Part shown: piece after piece, positions 16,145 to 27,063 of the stretch | Position numbering within the stretch: the stretch's first letter is position 1 | Layout of the letters: the number at the start of each line of letters is the position of its first letter | From: Cylindrospermopsis raciborskii Cr2010 | GTDB lineage: Bacteria; Cyanobacteriota; Cyanobacteriia; Cyanobacteriales; Nostocaceae | DNA: 32,000 nucleotides | NCBI RefSeq assembly: GCF_003367075.2 | Contig: NZ_CP065936.1 | Location: 810,001-842,000, forward strand | Direction of reading: 5' to 3' | Program-made: the position numbers and the translations under genes | Notes under the pieces: generated by a model | What the model was told of the DNA's origin: nothing | The model's database searches: none | The model's input: the letters and a program-made list of their open reading frames with translations, nothing else

Positions 16145-16513
16145 ATGGAAGCAGAAGACTTAAAACGGCTTTATGGCACAGGCGAGAGGTACTTTGTATC
16201 TGCTGATCTGATTGGGGCTAGACTTATTGATGCCTATTTGCCGGGAATCAATTTGTGGGGGGCAAACTTGAGCCAAGCTAATTTGGCTAGGGCCAAACTT
16301 TGGGGGGCAAACTTGAGCCAAGCTAATTTGGCCAATGCGAACTTAACCAGAGCTAACTTGTGTGGGGTGAATCTTTCTCATGCCAATCTTAGAGGAGCTA
16401 AACTACACTACACCAAGTTCTATGGTGCTAACCTGAATGGTGCTATGTATGACATGAGCACTAGACTGCCTAGGGGGTTTGACCCACTCAGTCATGGTAT
16501 GCGCAAAGTATGA
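16145..16513 (+). CDS. Pentapeptide repeat protein
   Basis: Series of A(D/N)LxxA pentapeptides: ANLSQANLARAKLWGANLSQANLANANLTRANL... Confidence 0.9.
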   Translation: MEAEDLKRLYGTGERYFVSADLIGARLIDAYLPGINLWGANLSQANLARAKLWGANLSQANLANANLTRANLCGVNLSHANLRGAKLHYTKFYGANLNGAMYDMSTRLPRGFDPLSHGMRKV

Positions 16514-16524
16514 GATGCTAGGAG

Positions 16525-16598
<74 letters not shown>

Positions 16599-16809
16599 TT
16601 AACTCCGATCTAACCATATCATACATGTTTGATTTGAATTTTCCGGCTCTAAAGAGACGTAGATTCATTAGGACCGTTTTTGCATAGAGGTCTGTTATGC
16701 CAAACGTTTTACAATAGCGATCCAATTGGCGCAGTCAAAAACGCCCTACTGACTCCATCTAGAACAAGTCTAGATATTGTCCATACCTTTTTGTATCTTA
16801 CCACCTTGA

Positions 16810-17481
16810 TCAGTAGATGTCAATACTTGACTGCGGATAAATCCGCCTCCTGGCTCCCTCTACCACTTCTAATAAACTCCTGAGCATTAAATAAGCAGAA
16901 GTACCTCCAGGATCTTGATGTCCAATACTACGCTCTCCTAAATAACTGGCTCTGCCTTTTTTTGCTATCATGGGTATGGTATCTCTTAGTCCCTGCTCTG
17001 CTGCATCCACGGCTATTTTCAAGGCTAAGATTGTCTCCTTGTCCTCTGCTACAGCTTTTTCAAAGGCTAACACAGCAGGATATATTACATCTACCATTGT
17101 TTTATCCCCTAGCTGAGCCTTACCTCTTTCTATTACTCCATCTAAACCAGCTTTCAAAAAAGCTAATATGTCCTTTGTACTTAGCTGGGTCTTCCCCATG
17201 GTGATGTCACTACCTCTTAAAAACCAGGTTCCGTATAACGGACCACTAGCACCTCCCACACTGGATATGAGGGTCATGCTCACTGTTTTCAAAATGCTGC
17301 CAATATCTTTTCCCTCAATGCTTGGTAGAATGCTACTGACTCTTTTGAAACCCCTGTCCATGTTAATTCCATGGTCTGCATCACCAATGGCAGCATCTAG
17401 TTCAGTTAATTCTTGCTTGTGATGTTCAATGACGGAACTAAACACTTGCAACCATTCAACAATTTGCACCTGAGTAACCAT
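16810..17481 (-). CDS. dhaL: Dihydroxyacetone kinase subunit DhaL
   Basis: ELDAAIGDADHGINMDRGF, SVGGASGPLYGTWF, GDKTMVDVIYPA, DPGGTSAYLML. The ATG at 17481 is immediately adjacent to the dhaK stop. Confidence 0.92.
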   Translation of the reverse strand: MVTQVQIVEWLQVFSSVIEHHKQELTELDAAIGDADHGINMDRGFKRVSSILPSIEGKDIGSILKTVSMTLISSVGGASGPLYGTWFLRGSDITMGKTQLSTKDILAFLKAGLDGVIERGKAQLGDKTMVDVIYPAVLAFEKAVAEDKETILALKIAVDAAEQGLRDTIPMIAKKGRASYLGERSIGHQDPGGTSAYLMLRSLLEVVEGARRRIYPQSSIDIY

Positions 17482-17482
17482 T

Positions 17483-18556
17483 TTAAACTCCCCAGCGTAA
17501 ACTCGCAGTTTTAACTGGTGCATCCCATAGGTCTAACATTTCCTCATCTAGTTTGAGTAACGTAATAGAACAACCTTGCATCTCTAGGGATGTCATGTAA
17601 GGTCCAATCAGATTTCTCACAATTTCTAACCCCTCTTGCTCGCAAAGTTCTACTAGTTTACGGTAGACGAGATAAAGTTCCGAAATAGGAGTACCACCCA
17701 TACTATTAACAAATGCTAGTAGGCGATCGCCTTTTTCCCAGGGTTTATTTAACAGTTCTACTTCTTTCCACTCCTCCTGCTTTTCATCCCATTCCCGCAT
17801 TGTTCGACAATAATCCGTATCATCAAAGAGCGATCGCGCTAGAATTTCGGTAACCTCATCACCACGCATTAGGGGAACTCTCTCTCTTCCTGGTTCTCCA
17901 TGAATGCCAATACCCAACTCTATTTGGTCATCTCCCAGGTCAAAGGTTGGTGTTCCCCTAGCTGGTACTGTACAAGAACTTAAGGCCACTCCTATGCTTC
18001 TTCCTAGAAGATTTACCTTTTTGCACAAATTGGCAACCTGAGGTAAATCGTAACCTTGCTCTGCTGCTGCTCCACAAATTTTTTCTGCTAGTACGGTTGT
18101 TCCCACTCCTCTTCTTCCTTGGGTGTAGGAACTATTTTTCACGGCCACGTCATCATCGATTATCATATTTAAGGTACGAATTCCTTGACTTCTAGCTAGT
18201 TCGGTGGCCATTTCAAAATTCATTATATCGCCGCTATAATTTTTTACAATATACAGGGTCCCTAAACCGCTATCAACCTTTTCTGCTGCTGCTAACATTT
18301 GATCGGGGGTTGGCGAGGTAAAAATTTCTCCCGGACAAGCAGCGTCTAACATTCCTTTGCCTACAAAACCCGTGTGCATTGGTTCATGTCCACTACCACC
18401 ACCAGAAATAATTGCTACTTTACTTTTGTCAGGAGTTTCTGCACGATAAACAAAAGTAGGGTCAAAGTTTACTTTTATTAAACCACTGTGTGCCCTAGCC
18501 ATGCCCATGAGACTTTCTTTGACAAAGTTTTCTGGTTGATTAATCAGCTTTTTCAT
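17483..18556 (-). CDS. dhaK: Dihydroxyacetone kinase subunit DhaK
   Basis: [68 protein letters not shown]. Confidence 0.95.
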   Translation of the reverse strand: MKKLINQPENFVKESLMGMARAHSGLIKVNFDPTFVYRAETPDKSKVAIISGGGSGHEPMHTGFVGKGMLDAACPGEIFTSPTPDQMLAAAEKVDSGLGTLYIVKNYSGDIMNFEMATELARSQGIRTLNMIIDDDVAVKNSSYTQGRRGVGTTVLAEKICGAAAEQGYDLPQVANLCKKVNLLGRSIGVALSSCTVPARGTPTFDLGDDQIELGIGIHGEPGRERVPLMRGDEVTEILARSLFDDTDYCRTMREWDEKQEEWKEVELLNKPWEKGDRLLAFVNSMGGTPISELYLVYRKLVELCEQEGLEIVRNLIGPYMTSLEMQGCSITLLKLDEEMLDLWDAPVKTASLRWGV

Positions 18557-18647
18557 AATTGATGTTATTAAGGATAAATATAAGGTTTAATTCTACGATT
18601 AATGTGGCCATTCAAACTGATGACTAGGCCCAAATTAATCTCTCAAG

Positions 18648-19490
18648 ATGAAAATGAAAATTGGTATTCTGGGTTTAGGATTGATTGGTGGTTCTTTGGG
18701 TTTTGACTTACGCTCCCAAGGACATTATGTTTTGGGGGTTAGTCGTCGAGAACTAACCTGTCAAAAAGCTATGGAAATTGGCAGTGTAGACCAAGCTAGT
18801 GTTGATTTGAGTTTATTGGTAAGTTCAGAACTAATTTTTGTCTGTACTCCTATAGGATTAATTGTACCTCAGATAAAAGAGTTAATACCCTACCTACATA
18901 AGAATACTATTATTACTGATGTTGGTTCTGTGAAAGGACCCATTGTCCATTCTATTTCCCCCCTATGGGAGAATTTTATTGGTGGTCACCCCATGGCCGG
19001 AAATACTAGTGCGGGAATAGAAGCTGCTCAGTTTAACTTGTTTGTAAATTGTCCTTACGTAATTACTCCAGTTGCTAAAACAATCAAAAACAATTTAACA
19101 CTTCTAGAAGAAATTGTGCGATCGCTTGGATCTAATGTTTACTACTGTTCACCGGAGCAACATGATCGAGCTGTGAGCTGGATATCTCATTTACCGGTGA
19201 TGGTTAGTGCTGCTCTAATTGATGCTTGTTTAAATGAAACGGATTTAGAAATTTTAGAACTAGCTCAAAACCTTGCCAGTTCTGGTTTTCGGGATACCAG
19301 TCGGGTAGGTGGTGGCAATCCCGAACTGGGAGTAATGATGGCACAATATAATAGTCAAGCACTCGTTAATTCATTACATCAATATCGTGACCACCTGGAT
19401 TCATTTATCAAATTGATCGAAGAGGAAAACTGGGAGGTTTTGGGGGAGAAACTCCTTTTCAATCAACATAACCGTCCCAGATTTCTGTAG
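18648..19490 (+). CDS. tyrA: Prephenate/arogenate dehydrogenase
   Basis: KIGILGLGLIGGSLGFDLR Rossmann motif, DVGSVKGPIV, HPMAGN, DTSRVGGGNPELGVMM. Confidence 0.85.
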   Translation: MKMKIGILGLGLIGGSLGFDLRSQGHYVLGVSRRELTCQKAMEIGSVDQASVDLSLLVSSELIFVCTPIGLIVPQIKELIPYLHKNTIITDVGSVKGPIVHSISPLWENFIGGHPMAGNTSAGIEAAQFNLFVNCPYVITPVAKTIKNNLTLLEEIVRSLGSNVYYCSPEQHDRAVSWISHLPVMVSAALIDACLNETDLEILELAQNLASSGFRDTSRVGGGNPELGVMMAQYNSQALVNSLHQYRDHLDSFIKLIEEENWEVLGEKLLFNQHNRPRFL

Positions 19491-19570
19491 GAAAATGCTA
19501 ATGTGGAATTAGTGGAGATTGGATTCCACCGTTGCTACCTTTTAAAATAATGATGCTCAGGAAAGAAAAC

Positions 19571-20071
19571 ATGACATCAGAATCCAACAAACTGCGTTTT
19601 TACACCCAGGAAGAGGTACAGGAAATTTTAAACCTGGCGATCGCACGTCAGAGTAAAGATCTTAGTCAAGAGTTTTCCTATCAGCAGATTTTAGAGATTG
19701 CTAAGGAGCTACAAATTGAACCGGAAGCTGTTTTACACGCCAAAACTGAATGGTTGGCTCTACAAAGCGAAACACAGCAGCGAAAGGCTTTTAATACTTA
19801 TCGTCAAAATAAATTGAAGAAACGTATAGGAAACTATATAATTATTAACACTTTTTTCGTGCTGACAAATTTAATTGGCAGTGCTGGTCTAACCTGGTCT
19901 CTATATATTTTGATGTTTTCGGGATTAGTTATCCTAGTTGAGGTTTGGAAGACCTTTCGTAATCAAGGTGAAGAATATGAAGCTGCTTTTCAAAAATGGA
20001 ATCGTCAGCACCAAATCAAACAAACTGTAAATACGGTGATCAGTACAGTGATTAATAAGTGGTTTAAGTAG
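19571..20071 (+). CDS. Small 2TM-domain protein
   Basis: Soluble N-terminal half then two hydrophobic helices (NYIIINTFFVLTNLIGSAGLTWSLYILMFSGLVILVEVW). Likely start is ATG 19571 rather than 19532. Confidence 0.6.
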   Translation: MTSESNKLRFYTQEEVQEILNLAIARQSKDLSQEFSYQQILEIAKELQIEPEAVLHAKTEWLALQSETQQRKAFNTYRQNKLKKRIGNYIIINTFFVLTNLIGSAGLTWSLYILMFSGLVILVEVWKTFRNQGEEYEAAFQKWNRQHQIKQTVNTVISTVINKWFK

Positions 20072-20228
20072 GGAGGATAGATTTAAAAACTATTTACAGG
20101 AACATTATAGAGCTTTAACAACTTGTTAACAGATAGACCTGATTTTTGGTTTATGATATTGTATAACTAGAAAGAAGTAAGTAGGGGGCACAATTGTTTG
20201 TAAGATAGATTCTGTTGATTTTTATGCT

Positions 20229-22313
20229 GTGAAATTTAATTTCAACGTCATGATATGTTGTTTAAATCCCGATTGTCAAAATCCTCAAAATCCCCATGGT
20301 AGCAAGTTTTGTCAAAGTTGTGACACTCCTTTAGTACCACTGTTAAGAAATCGTTTTCGTATTATTCGTGTGCTTTCAGATGAAGGAGGATTTGGCAGAA
20401 CATATCTAGCAGAAGATACAGATAAATTAAATGATAATTGTGTGGTCAAACAATTAGCACCTAAGTTTCAGGGTACTTGGGCACAAAAAAAAGCAATGGA
20501 GTTATTCAGTCAAGAAGCAAAGAGACTGCAAGAATTAGGAGAGCATCCACAAATTCCCACCTTATTGGCTTATTTTGAGCAAGATAAATGTTTATATTTA
20601 GTACAGCAATTTATAGATGGCAATAACCTATTACAGGAGTTACAATTAAGAAAGCACTATAAAGACAGTGATATTCAATCTTTACTACTGGATTTATTGC
20701 CTATTCTTAAATTTCTTCATAGTCGGGGAATAATTCATCGAGATATCAAACCAGAGAATATTATCCGACGTAAAAGGGATGGAAGATTAATCTTAATTGA
20801 CTTTGGTTCTGCCAAACAATTAACAGTTGCAGTTCAAAAAAAATATGGTACTTCTATTGGATCCCATGGTTATTCTGCTATAGAGCAAATTAGAGATGGC
20901 AAAGCCTATCCAGCTAGTGATTTATTTAGCTTGGGTGCTACTTGTTTTCATCTCTTAACTGGTCTATCTCCCTTTCAATTGTGGATAGAACATGGTTATA
21001 GTTGGGTCAAGAATTGGCAAGATTGCCTTAACAATTCTAGGAGTGCTGAGCTAATTATTATTTTAGATAAGCTATTACAACTAGATCTGAAAAATCGCTA
21101 TCAATCTGCTGATGAAGTTATAAAAGACCTTAGTAAAAAGAATGTTTATGGTTCAAAAAAATCTGGCATATACCTTAAAAAGGGTAAACATGAAAAACAT
21201 AAACATACTATTTTGCGAAATATATTTTTGATTTTGGTAACAATTTCGGTTGTGGGGGGATTGGGATATAGGAACTTAGGTCAAATGCAAACGGCAATTT
21301 TCTCTCAATTTAATCCTTTATTAATACCAAGTAATAAATCTTCTACCAGTCCCGAGTATGGGCAAATATCTGGGAGAACTTCCTCTATTAGAACTAACAA
21401 AGTTAGTTTACTCAAAACCATAACACAAGTAGATAAATCCCTAGCAGTGGTGGCTATTACTCCAGATGGTAATACTATTGTCAGTGCGGGTCACAAAGAA
21501 ATTAAATTATGGAATAGCAAAACGGGCAAACAAATTATATCCCTACCAGGACATACACAAAATATCAACGCTCTTGCCATTAGTCCAGATGGAAATAACC
21601 TAGTGAGTGCGGGAGATGATAAAACGATTAAAGTTTGGAATTTACAAACAAAAAAACTTACTTTTAATCTAGTTGGTCATCAAGACTCAATTCAAGCACT
21701 AGCTATTAGTCAAGATAGCAAAATCCTAGTTAGTGCGGGAGATGATAAAACAATTAAAGTTTGGAGTCTATTAACAGGAAAGTTTTTAAAAACTCTCCTA
21801 GGCCATAATTATTGGGTTAGATCTTTAGCTCTTAGTCCCGATGGGTTCACTCTAGCAAGTGGAAGTTTTGATAAAACTATTAAAATATGGAATATTAATC
21901 AAACCAGTGGGCAAAAACCAACTACACTATTAGATACTACTTCCCAAACAGTCACATCTTTAGCTTTTAGTCCGGACACTAGTACACTTGTCAGTACCAG
22001 TCGCGATCGCCAAATTAAGTTTTGGGATATTAAGAATAAGGAGATAATTTTTGCCAGTAAAAAACAAAATGTTACATCTGTGATTTTCAGTCCCGATGGT
22101 AAAACCCTGATTAGCAAAGCCAAAAGTTGCCCAGATTGTTCTGAGAAAATTTCCTCTGTGATTAAATTATGGGATGTAAGCACAAAGGAAGAAATTTACG
22201 CTCTACCAGGAAACACCAAAATTGTTACATCCTTAGTTTTAAGTGCTGATGGTAAAACTTTAGTGGGTGGAACAGAAGATAATAAGATTAATATTTGGGA
22301 GATTTCTCCCTAA
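20229..22313 (+). CDS. Ser/Thr protein kinase with N-terminal zinc-ribbon-like motif and C-terminal WD40 repeats (GTG start)
   Basis: CCLNPDCQNPQNPHGSKFCQSC, kinase motifs GGFGRTYLA, IIHRDIKPENI, LIDFGSAKQL, then repeated SPDG...SGSxDKTIKIW units. Confidence 0.92.
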   Translation: MKFNFNVMICCLNPDCQNPQNPHGSKFCQSCDTPLVPLLRNRFRIIRVLSDEGGFGRTYLAEDTDKLNDNCVVKQLAPKFQGTWAQKKAMELFSQEAKRLQELGEHPQIPTLLAYFEQDKCLYLVQQFIDGNNLLQELQLRKHYKDSDIQSLLLDLLPILKFLHSRGIIHRDIKPENIIRRKRDGRLILIDFGSAKQLTVAVQKKYGTSIGSHGYSAIEQIRDGKAYPASDLFSLGATCFHLLTGLSPFQLWIEHGYSWVKNWQDCLNNSRSAELIIILDKLLQLDLKNRYQSADEVIKDLSKKNVYGSKKSGIYLKKGKHEKHKHTILRNIFLILVTISVVGGLGYRNLGQMQTAIFSQFNPLLIPSNKSSTSPEYGQISGRTSSIRTNKVSLLKTITQVDKSLAVVAITPDGNTIVSAGHKEIKLWNSKTGKQIISLPGHTQNINALAISPDGNNLVSAGDDKTIKVWNLQTKKLTFNLVGHQDSIQALAISQDSKILVSAGDDKTIKVWSLLTGKFLKTLLGHNYWVRSLALSPDGFTLASGSFDKTIKIWNINQTSGQKPTTLLDTTSQTVTSLAFSPDTSTLVSTSRDRQIKFWDIKNKEIIFASKKQNVTSVIFSPDGKTLISKAKSCPDCSEKISSVIKLWDVSTKEEIYALPGNTKIVTSLVLSADGKTLVGGTEDNKINIWEISP

Positions 22314-22352
22314 TATGGCAAAAACCTCACAAATCATAAACTACATATTGCA

Positions 22353-23081
22353 ATGAACAATTATCTTTATCAATACAACCAATTATATTCTGGAAAATTA
22401 CTAAAAAGGTACAAGCGATTTTTTGTTGATGTGGAACTAGAATCTGGAGAAATGGTCACAGCGCACTGTGCCAATACCGGACCCATGACTGGAGTTTCTC
22501 AAATTGGCAGTGCTGTGCAGTTGTCCAAAACTGATAATCCCCAGCGCAAATTAGCCTATACATTGGAATTGATTCAAGTGGATAATGTGGATACTTCAGA
22601 ACCAACATGGGTTGGTGTAAACACCAACTTACCCAATAACATAATTAAACTAGCTTTAGAAAAACAGCTCTTTCCACAACTAGGAGAGTATAAGCAAGCT
22701 AAAGGGGAGGTGGTTTATGGAAAAGAGAAAAGAAGCCGAGTGGACTTTTACCTAACAGGAAATGAGATGCCAATTTACTTAGAAATAAAAAACACTACTT
22801 GGAGTCAGGGTAGTTTAGCATTATTTCCTGACACAGAAACCACTAGGGGACAAAAGCATCTAAGAGAATTAATGGAGGTATTACCCAAAAATCGTGCGGT
22901 GATGTTGTACTTTATCAATCGAGGGGACTGTGTGGAATTTGCTCCTGGAGATAGTGCGGATCCACTTTATGGTCAGTTACTAAGACAAGCAATAAAAGTA
23001 GGTTTAGAAGTTTTGCCGTGTAGATTTGATGTTTCTCCTCAAGGAGTTCGTTATTTGGGTTTAGCTGAATTAAAAATTTGA
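22353..23081 (+). CDS. sfsA: SfsA family protein (sugar fermentation stimulation/DNA-binding nuclease family)
   Basis: LLKRYKRFFVDVELESGEMVTAHCANTGPMTG, VDFYL, YLEIKNTTW, FPDTETTRGQKHLREL. Confidence 0.9.
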   Translation: MNNYLYQYNQLYSGKLLKRYKRFFVDVELESGEMVTAHCANTGPMTGVSQIGSAVQLSKTDNPQRKLAYTLELIQVDNVDTSEPTWVGVNTNLPNNIIKLALEKQLFPQLGEYKQAKGEVVYGKEKRSRVDFYLTGNEMPIYLEIKNTTWSQGSLALFPDTETTRGQKHLRELMEVLPKNRAVMLYFINRGDCVEFAPGDSADPLYGQLLRQAIKVGLEVLPCRFDVSPQGVRYLGLAELKI

Positions 23082-23086
23082 GGAAG

Positions 23087-23104
23087 TGGGGGAAAGCTTC
23101 CCCC
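23087..23104. terminator. Short hairpin between convergent sfsA and glgB
   Basis: TGGGGgaaagcttCCCCA immediately after the sfsA stop; no clear T tract. Confidence 0.3.
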
Positions 23105-23120
23105 ATAGCATCCACCGCTT

Positions 23121-25412
23121 CTAACCCAGGGACTGAGCAGTCTTGATCCTATCTAACTTGAGAATTAAAACCCCTAAAGGTGGTAAACACAAATCCAAAG
23201 AATAAGGACGATTATGTAAAGACCAGTCATCAGTCCATTTACCCCCTAAATTGCCCATATTACTACCACCATACTCACGTGCGTCACTATTAAATAGCTC
23301 TGTATAGAATCCCTTCTGTGGCACACCAATACGATAATGGGAATGGGGTTGGGGGGTAAAGTTGCAAACTACTACTACAAATTCATCGGAGTCCTTAGCT
23401 CGACGGACAAAAGAAACTACACTGTGACGATTATCACTACAGTCAATCCACTCAAAGCCCTCTCGTCCAAAGTCCTGACTATATAAAGCAGGTTCAGAAC
23501 GGTAAACACTGTTAATTTCCCTAAAGAACCCTCTTAACTGCTCATGAGGTTCATGCTGTAATAAACCCCACTCCAAATCGGCCCACACATTCCACTCACT
23601 CCATTGACCAAACTCCATGCTCATAAACATGGTTTTCTTGCCAGGGTGTGCAAACATATAAGTAAATAAAGCCCGCACATTGGCCAGCTTTTGCCATCTA
23701 TCACCGGGCATTTTACCGATAATATTGCTCTTACCATGGACAACTTCATCATGGGACAGTGCTAACATGAAGTTTTCACTGTGGTTGTACCACATGCTAA
23801 AAGTGACATTGTTTTGGTGGAATTGACGGAACCAGGGATCCATGCTAAAGTAATCCAACATGTCGTGCATCCAACCCATATTCCACTTCAGGTTAAAACC
23901 TAACCCTCCAGTGTATGTGGGCCAAGATACCATGGGCCAAGAGGTGGATTCCTCCGCAATGGATAGAACCCCTGGGAAGTAACTAAAAATGTTGTGATTT
24001 ACTTGGCGGAGAAAATCAGCAGCTTCCAGGTTTTCCCGACCACCATATTCGTTAGCTACCCATTCTCCATCTTTACGACAGTAGTCAAGATAAAGCATGG
24101 AAGCAACAGCATCTACCCTAATACCATCAATGTGGTACTTATCAAACCAAAACAAGGCATTAGCAACCAGGAAATTTCTCACCTCGTTGCGGGAATAGTT
24201 GAATACCAAGGTTCCCCATTCCTTATGTTCACCTTTACGGGGATCAGCATGTTCATAAAGATGAGTACCATCAAAGAAGGCTAAACCATGACCATCCTTG
24301 GGGAAATGACCTGGTACCCAATCCACAAGCACACCAATGCTATTTAAGTGACATTGGTCAACAAAATACATAAAGTCCCCGGGGGTGCCAAATCGGGAAG
24401 TGGGAGCATAGTAACCAGTAACCTGATAACCCCAGGAACCATCAAATGGATGTTCAGCAATAGGTAATAACTCTATGTGGGTGTAACCCAAGTCCCTCAC
24501 ATAGGGAATCAGTTTAGCTGCTAACTCCCGGTAGGTAAGGAATCGCGCTCCTGGATTCAGTTCGGAAGCAATAACTACTGGTTCTTCTGTTCCATCTGGT
24601 AACTTAGCTGGTTTCGCACTGTCATCATGTAACCAAGAACCTAAATGCACTTCGTAAACGGAAATGGGTTGCCCAAGGGGATCGCTGTTTCTTCTTGTCT
24701 CCATCCATTGTTCATCACCCCAGGGATAAGCATTCAAATTAGTGACAATAGATGCAGTTTTCGGCCGTGGTTCCTGTTGAAAACCGTAGGGGTCAGATTT
24801 TTCGTAAATATGACCGTCAAAATTCTTGATTTCATATTTATAATGTTCCCCAGGACCCAATTCAGGAATAAATAGTTCCCATACTCCCGTGTGCCCCTTG
24901 CGCATTTGGTGTTTACGTCCATCCCAGTGGTTAAAATCCCCCAGTAGAGAAACATTGCGAGCACTGGGTGCCCACACGGCAAAATATACTCCCTTAATAC
25001 CATCTATTTCGGTTAAGTGCGCTCCCAATTTCTCATAAATGCGATGGTGGTTACCCTCACCAAACAAATGTAAATCAAAATTTGTTAATCGGGGAGAACG
25101 AAAAGCATAGGGATCATAAATTACCCGCTCGTGTTCCCCTTCTTGAATTCTTAACTGGTAGTTATTAAGTTCTTCGATCTCAATGGTGCATTCAAAAAAA
25201 TGGGGATGATGTACCCTTTCCATGGCGTATTCTTTACGCTCTTGGGGAACTACTACATAAACCGCGCTGGCGTTGGGTAGGTAAGCACGTACAGCCCAAA
25301 TGTTTTTACCCTCTTGTTCTACAAGATGTGAACCTAGTACCTCGAACGGATCATGGTGTTGATTGGAAACTATGCGGTTAACCTGCTCAGGAGCAATGGT
25401 GCTGGTGGTCAT
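23121..25412 (-). CDS. glgB: 1,4-alpha-glucan branching enzyme (ORF track extends to 25430)
   Basis: [72 protein letters not shown]. Confidence 0.96.
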   Translation of the reverse strand: MTTSTIAPEQVNRIVSNQHHDPFEVLGSHLVEQEGKNIWAVRAYLPNASAVYVVVPQERKEYAMERVHHPHFFECTIEIEELNNYQLRIQEGEHERVIYDPYAFRSPRLTNFDLHLFGEGNHHRIYEKLGAHLTEIDGIKGVYFAVWAPSARNVSLLGDFNHWDGRKHQMRKGHTGVWELFIPELGPGEHYKYEIKNFDGHIYEKSDPYGFQQEPRPKTASIVTNLNAYPWGDEQWMETRRNSDPLGQPISVYEVHLGSWLHDDSAKPAKLPDGTEEPVVIASELNPGARFLTYRELAAKLIPYVRDLGYTHIELLPIAEHPFDGSWGYQVTGYYAPTSRFGTPGDFMYFVDQCHLNSIGVLVDWVPGHFPKDGHGLAFFDGTHLYEHADPRKGEHKEWGTLVFNYSRNEVRNFLVANALFWFDKYHIDGIRVDAVASMLYLDYCRKDGEWVANEYGGRENLEAADFLRQVNHNIFSYFPGVLSIAEESTSWPMVSWPTYTGGLGFNLKWNMGWMHDMLDYFSMDPWFRQFHQNNVTFSMWYNHSENFMLALSHDEVVHGKSNIIGKMPGDRWQKLANVRALFTYMFAHPGKKTMFMSMEFGQWSEWNVWADLEWGLLQHEPHEQLRGFFREINSVYRSEPALYSQDFGREGFEWIDCSDNRHSVVSFVRRAKDSDEFVVVVCNFTPQPHSHYRIGVPQKGFYTELFNSDAREYGGSNMGNLGGKWTDDWSLHNRPYSLDLCLPPLGVLILKLDRIKTAQSLG

Positions 25413-25576
25413 GGAGCTACCTACATTCAATAAGGTGACTAACTAAATTCAGTTTTTTATAACTATATATATTCTTTACATTTATTTGCATTTTTGTCCT
25501 CATGGTTCCCGTAGATCAGGATGTATCTTATATTGTAAGTATGAAATAAACATGAATTCTGGCAGCAAAGAGGAGA

Positions 25577-25900
25577 TTAAATATCTAAAAACGGGAAAAT
25601 TTGCAGTAAAATTCTGCGCATCCTGAGCAAAAATACTGTGTGTCTCAACCTGGGACTTAGCTTTCTGGGCGGAATTGTTCTCAGCTGCTCCTCTAGTTCA
25701 GCATATTCCGATGCGGTTAATATCTTACCATCAATAGGCGATCGCCCGATGGTGATGATTTCTGTACGTAGTATTTCTTCCGGAATATCTTCTGTTAGTG
25801 GTGGGACTGCTATGGTTACTCCATGGTTAATTATTCCCACCATTACAGCTACAATCACTCCCAAAACTACAAACTGGAATTTTACGGGTAGACCTTTCAT
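25577..25900 (-). CDS. Conserved hypothetical protein with N-terminal hydrophobic/signal segment
   Basis: 107-aa ORF, MKGLPVKFQFVVLGVIVAVMVGIINHGVTIAVPP... Confidence 0.55.
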   Translation of the reverse strand: MKGLPVKFQFVVLGVIVAVMVGIINHGVTIAVPPLTEDIPEEILRTEIITIGRSPIDGKILTASEYAELEEQLRTIPPRKLSPRLRHTVFLLRMRRILLQIFPFLDI

Positions 25901-26042
25901 TTTCCGTCTTGTTGGTTTGTGTAAAGTCCCAGCGCCTACCCAAAGGGGTAGAGCGTGGGTTTGTTTATCGAACTAGCTACTGGGGGACACCCATGGGGTA
26001 GTCACAGCTTTATTGAACAAAATTAGGCGTTCCTAAAAAGTT

Positions 26043-26243
26043 CTAGGGAGTAGTAGTTGGGGTTGCTGTGGGTTCTGTAGTAGTAGCAGGGGTAGCAGTA
26101 CCACTATCAGTGGGCTCAGCGGGTGTAGTAGTAGCAGCAGGTGTGGTTGTAGCATCACCAGAGGGTTCAGTACCACCTTCACAAGCGCCCAGCATAGTAG
26201 CCAGACTTAAAACGATAGCCAAACCAAAGATTTTTGTTTTCAT
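26043..26243 (-). CDS. Small putative lipoprotein, Thr/Pro-rich
   Basis: MKTKIFGLAIVLSLATMLGAC lipobox followed by low-complexity T/P/A-rich sequence. Confidence 0.6.
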   Translation of the reverse strand: MKTKIFGLAIVLSLATMLGACEGGTEPSGDATTTPAATTTPAEPTDSGTATPATTTEPTATPTTTP

Positions 26244-26482
26244 AACTCCTCTTTCACCAATAAGTGCAATACAAGGGATTGCTCCTGTTGAATAAGATAT
26301 CTCATTTGTTGCTTTTTGTGAAACAATTTGTACAGAATAAATTTCTTTCCAGTTTTTTTTTGTTATGGTCGTAGCTCAAGGGAGATAGGACATTGCCAAT
26401 AGGTAATCCAGCAAGCATAATTGAACCATAATTTTTTTAGCATGCTACCTGTTCAGGACTAAATTTAGCATTCATCACCATT

Positions 26483-27058
26483 ATGTCAGCATTACCCAAA
26501 TCAGCTGTTTCCACAAAAAGCTCATGGTTTAGACCGGATTCCTCTCCTATTCCGTATGGGGAACGTTCTCCTGTGTCTTCCACCAAACCAGCACGCAGGA
26601 AAGACGAACCTAACTCTAAGTCTATGTTTCCTAATGCTCCAGTGCAAAAAGCCATATTGACTGGTCAAACTAGTAAACAGTTACCAATCTCTTCTAATAG
26701 TGAAAACTCGTGGATTATCCGCCTTAACAACATTCACCACTATTCCTCCATGACGGCATTTTTGTTTGTGGTGGTGATGTTGGCAATCTATGGTGGAACG
26801 GTGTATTGTCAACAAATTTGGAGTCATTCCTATCGCAAACTGGAAAGTTTACAACGCCAGGAACGACAGCTAACTGCAGCTAATGCTATCATTATTAGTA
26901 AAATGGCTCAGGAAGCAGAAGCAATGGGACTGGGACTATCTGCTCCAGGTAAGATGGTCTTTCTGCCCGCAGTATCAAATAATTCTCAACCACCATCGAG
27001 AGCTAAGATCCCCCCATCTCCAGGTAAACGCACCTCAATTCCACCGTTAGGATATTAA
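26483..27058 (+). CDS. FtsL-like division protein (single TM plus short coiled coil) upstream of PBP gene
   Basis: MTAFLFVVVMLAIYGGTVYCQQIWSHSYRKLESLQRQERQLTAANAIIISKMAQEAE, located just before the ftsI-like ORF. Confidence 0.6.
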   Translation: MSALPKSAVSTKSSWFRPDSSPIPYGERSPVSSTKPARRKDEPNSKSMFPNAPVQKAILTGQTSKQLPISSNSENSWIIRLNNIHHYSSMTAFLFVVVMLAIYGGTVYCQQIWSHSYRKLESLQRQERQLTAANAIIISKMAQEAEAMGLGLSAPGKMVFLPAVSNNSQPPSRAKIPPSPGKRTSIPPLGY

Positions 27059-27063
27059 GCTTA

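Noticed and set aside
16680-16883. 67-aa ORF downstream of dhaL
   Set aside because: Overlaps the dhaL 3' end in another frame and has no supporting motif.
23994-25003. Several ORFs opposite or within glgB (23994, 24645, 24734)
   Set aside because: Shadow ORFs. glgB motifs run continuously on the minus strand.
26437-26655. Minus-strand ORF overlapping the FtsL-like gene start
   Set aside because: The plus-strand ORF has the TM/coiled-coil design and the expected ftsI adjacency; the minus-strand frame has neither.
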